Shown piece by piece: positions 61,743-64,000 of a stretch of 64,000 nucleotides of DNA; positions within the stretch are counted from its first letter, which is position 1, and each line of letters starts with the position of its first letter. The translations under genes were made by a program, and so were the position numbers. This DNA comes from Centroscyllium fabricii (taxonomy: Eukaryota). The notes below the pieces were generated by a model. The model was not told where the DNA came from. It did no database searches and saw only the letters and a program-made list of their open reading frames with translations. Where the stretch lies: NCBI GenBank assembly GCA_051313645.2, contig JBNRSN020000018.1:84072001-84136000 (forward strand), read 5' to 3'.

Positions 61743-62291
61743 GTAAGTGACAGCGGTTTTCTACCTTGCACCAAGTCTGTCTCCACAGTGGATTGTTTCT
61801 AACTCCATGTGGTCTGTCATTGAGGAGGTAACAAAACACAGCTTTCATTTTTACATTTCAGATATTCCTTTCTAATTGTTTGCTTTGAAAATGTTTGTAT
61901 CTCTGGTCATTATCTTGTAATTTATAGGGTAGTTTTTAGGAAATTGTGCTCTTGACATAATGTTTAGCGGAACGGGTGCAAATCAGGAATTTAACGCAAT
62001 TGATGGATTATTTTGCGATGTGCATTAACTCACATGCCCAAGTTCCTGTTCTGTGCCCCTGACATGCGAATCTCCAAGTGCGAAGGATATATTATATATA
62101 TATACTTGTTGAATAACATGTTTTCAGTTATCAAAATTATTTGTCACACAATGTCAGTACTGAGGTTGTAAAACCATATCACGGAATGGGAAAGTGACGT
62201 AGTCGATCCCTCTCACTCCATCCTACAGGTTCAGCTGTGAAGCCCGATTGGACTACTCCTCACCATTCCGGGCCCAAGTAGAGGGCTCGCC

Positions 62292-62361
62292 AATAACAAC
62301 AGAAAATGCCGGTAATACTCAGCAGGCCAGGCAGCATCCGTGGAGAGAGAAACAGAGTTAA
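62292..62361 (-). mobile_element. Penelope-like terminal repeat fragment (same family as 5578-5679)
   Basis: aataacaacagaaaatgccggtaatactcagcaggccaggcagcatccgtggagagagaaacagagttaac. Confidence 0.7.
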
Positions 62362-64000
62362 CGGCCGGAAATTTCCCAGAATGGCGGGGAACTGGCGGGG
62401 ATTGGTTGGGGCGGGTTTCTGTCCCGCCCGATAAAATGCCTGCGTTTCCCACGAGATTTTAGTCTAAGTACCCAATTAATTCCCCGCCTGTGGGAAGCCT
62501 TCTCAATCACCGATTTCCAGTCAGAAAGTCGCACAGTATGACGTCAGAATTCGGGTTTCTTTTAATAAACACAGCTCGCCTCCCGCACTGCTCAGCATTC
62601 TACAACCTTCAGTAGAATGGCAGAGCGTGAGGGTGCTGCATCGGGCAGCGCGAGGGGACGACCCGCCCCGAAATTTGATGATGCCTCACTCGACGCATTA
62701 CTCGAGGGGGCAACGACCCATAGGGAGGTTCTCTTCCCCTCCTCAGGGAGGAAGGGACCTCCCTCACAGACCAAGGCTGCATGGCAGTAGGTGGCTGAGG
62801 GGGTCAGCTCCTTGGGCACAACACCCCAGTCCTGGCTGCAGTGTCGCAAGAGATTGCATGACCTTCATCGCACTGCGAAAGTAAGTATTCATTTCCCCTC
62901 ACCCTCAATCTCATCCCCTTCACCTCTCCTCACCAAAACTTATCTTCACCATTCCCTTCCTCCACATCCCACTTGCCCATCACATCCAAGCAACCTTACC
63001 CATTCCCTCTCTATCTATGCTCACACTCACGGTCCTTTCCCTCCATTCAGCCCTCACACTCCTTCTCACTCTCATGCTTGCTGCACATCTGGCACCACAC
63101 AGGGAGAGCCTTTGGACTTGCAGGCTCACTGCATCTTTGTCACCCTCCAACGAACTTTGCTGGTCACTCGCTGCACCAACTCCTTCCTTCTCACTCAACC
63201 TCCACTTCTCTCCCTCATTGCAGGAAAAGACAGCCGCCAACAAGCGGCACAGTGCCGGGACCAGAGGAGGACCCCCCTCCATCCAGCAGCTCGCCACCTG
63301 GGAGGAGGCTGTTCAAGACCTCGTTGGGGAGGGGCAAGCCCTGGGAGTGGGTGACGACGAGGCAGGCATGCAATCTCAAGCTGGTGACAGCATGGTTTCA
63401 TTTTTTCTCTTAGAACTAACACATGAGACTGGCACAATGAATGTAAAGGCACTGCAGAGGAAGCTCTGCTCAGCTCCTGAATGCTATCTGTATGTAACCT
63501 TGCTGACATATCTCTAACCTCTTCCTTTACTGCCCCACAGGCCCATCCGCAGCTGGACGGCCAAGCAGAGCTGAGGACGAGGCCGCCCCTGTTCAGTCCT
63601 CAGAGGAACCTGCCACCTCTGAGGGCGCACCGTCAGCACCACAGACTCCACCCGGCACCAGCGCAGATACTAGCACCTCGGTGGGCCCCCCTAGAGCTAC
63701 ATATGACTTGTCACCGGGTGATTCACACAACACAAGTGAGCCTCAGCAGATTGTGGAGACAGGGACAGCATTGCAGAGTTCTAGTCGGAGGGCGCAGGAC
63801 TCTGCCAGCTTAGCTAAGCTACATGTCGACCCAGCGCCTTTGGATTCATCAGGCAGAGGACACATGATGGGACTCCAGACACAGATGCAGGCGTCTCTGA
63901 CAGGTTTTGTCTCCCAGGTAGCTGCGAGTGTCATGCGAATGGAGGAGTCTGTCGCAAGCATGAGAAGCGTCTTTGCGGAGTCAGTGGCGCATGATCGCAT
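62362..64000 (+). mobile_element. PIF/Harbinger-like transposon, left arm; continues past the window
   Basis: Terminus GGCCGGAAATTTCC followed by a spliced Myb/SANT-like gene. Confidence 0.75.
62617..64000 (+). pseudogene. Harbinger Myb/SANT-like DNA-binding protein gene (exons 62617-62880, 63224-63383, 63541->64000), one stop codon
   Basis: RPAPKFDDASLDALL...AAWQ*VAEGVSS...SWLQCRKRLHDL|gtaagt; exon 2 EKTAANKRH..GTRGGPP; exon 3 open to the window end. Confidence 0.78.

Larger units (their letters stand above)
10780..62290 (+). repeat. Tandem array of ~1.57-kb exon+intron units (25 exon copies); homogeneous core 19524-58342
   Basis: Exon spacings in the core are 1565-1567, 1580 or 1581 bp; the same ORF sets recur at this period in the ORF track. 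Confidence 0.97.

Overview
Vertebrate genomic DNA, most likely a cartilaginous fish (inferred from a V-domain/HE1-type SINE, CR1 LINEs with (TTCTATG)n tails and shark-type Penelope-like and Harbinger repeats). The window is the interior of one + strand gene that the ORF track misses. A Cys-rich vWF/mucin E-module-like end ([26 protein letters not shown]; exons 1-47 and 1839-1870) splices onto a Pro/Thr/Ser (PTS) mucin domain. That domain is built from symmetric phase-1 mini-exons: two unique ones (42 and 57 nt), then 25 copies of a 60-nt exon ([20 protein letters not shown]). Each 60-nt copy sits in a ~1.57-kb exon+intron tandem unit. 24 copies are intact and one was destroyed by a solo LTR and also lost its splice donor. 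The array core shows a 4,727-bp three-monomer higher-order repeat and a 22,056-bp super-period. Intronic insertions include a fused pair of Gypsy elements (one Tf1/sushi-type with a self-priming signature), a near-intact 5.2-kb CR1 with a 160-bp monomer 5' array, and several PIF/Harbinger-like elements. Gene identity, splicing and copy number are inferred from sequence alone.
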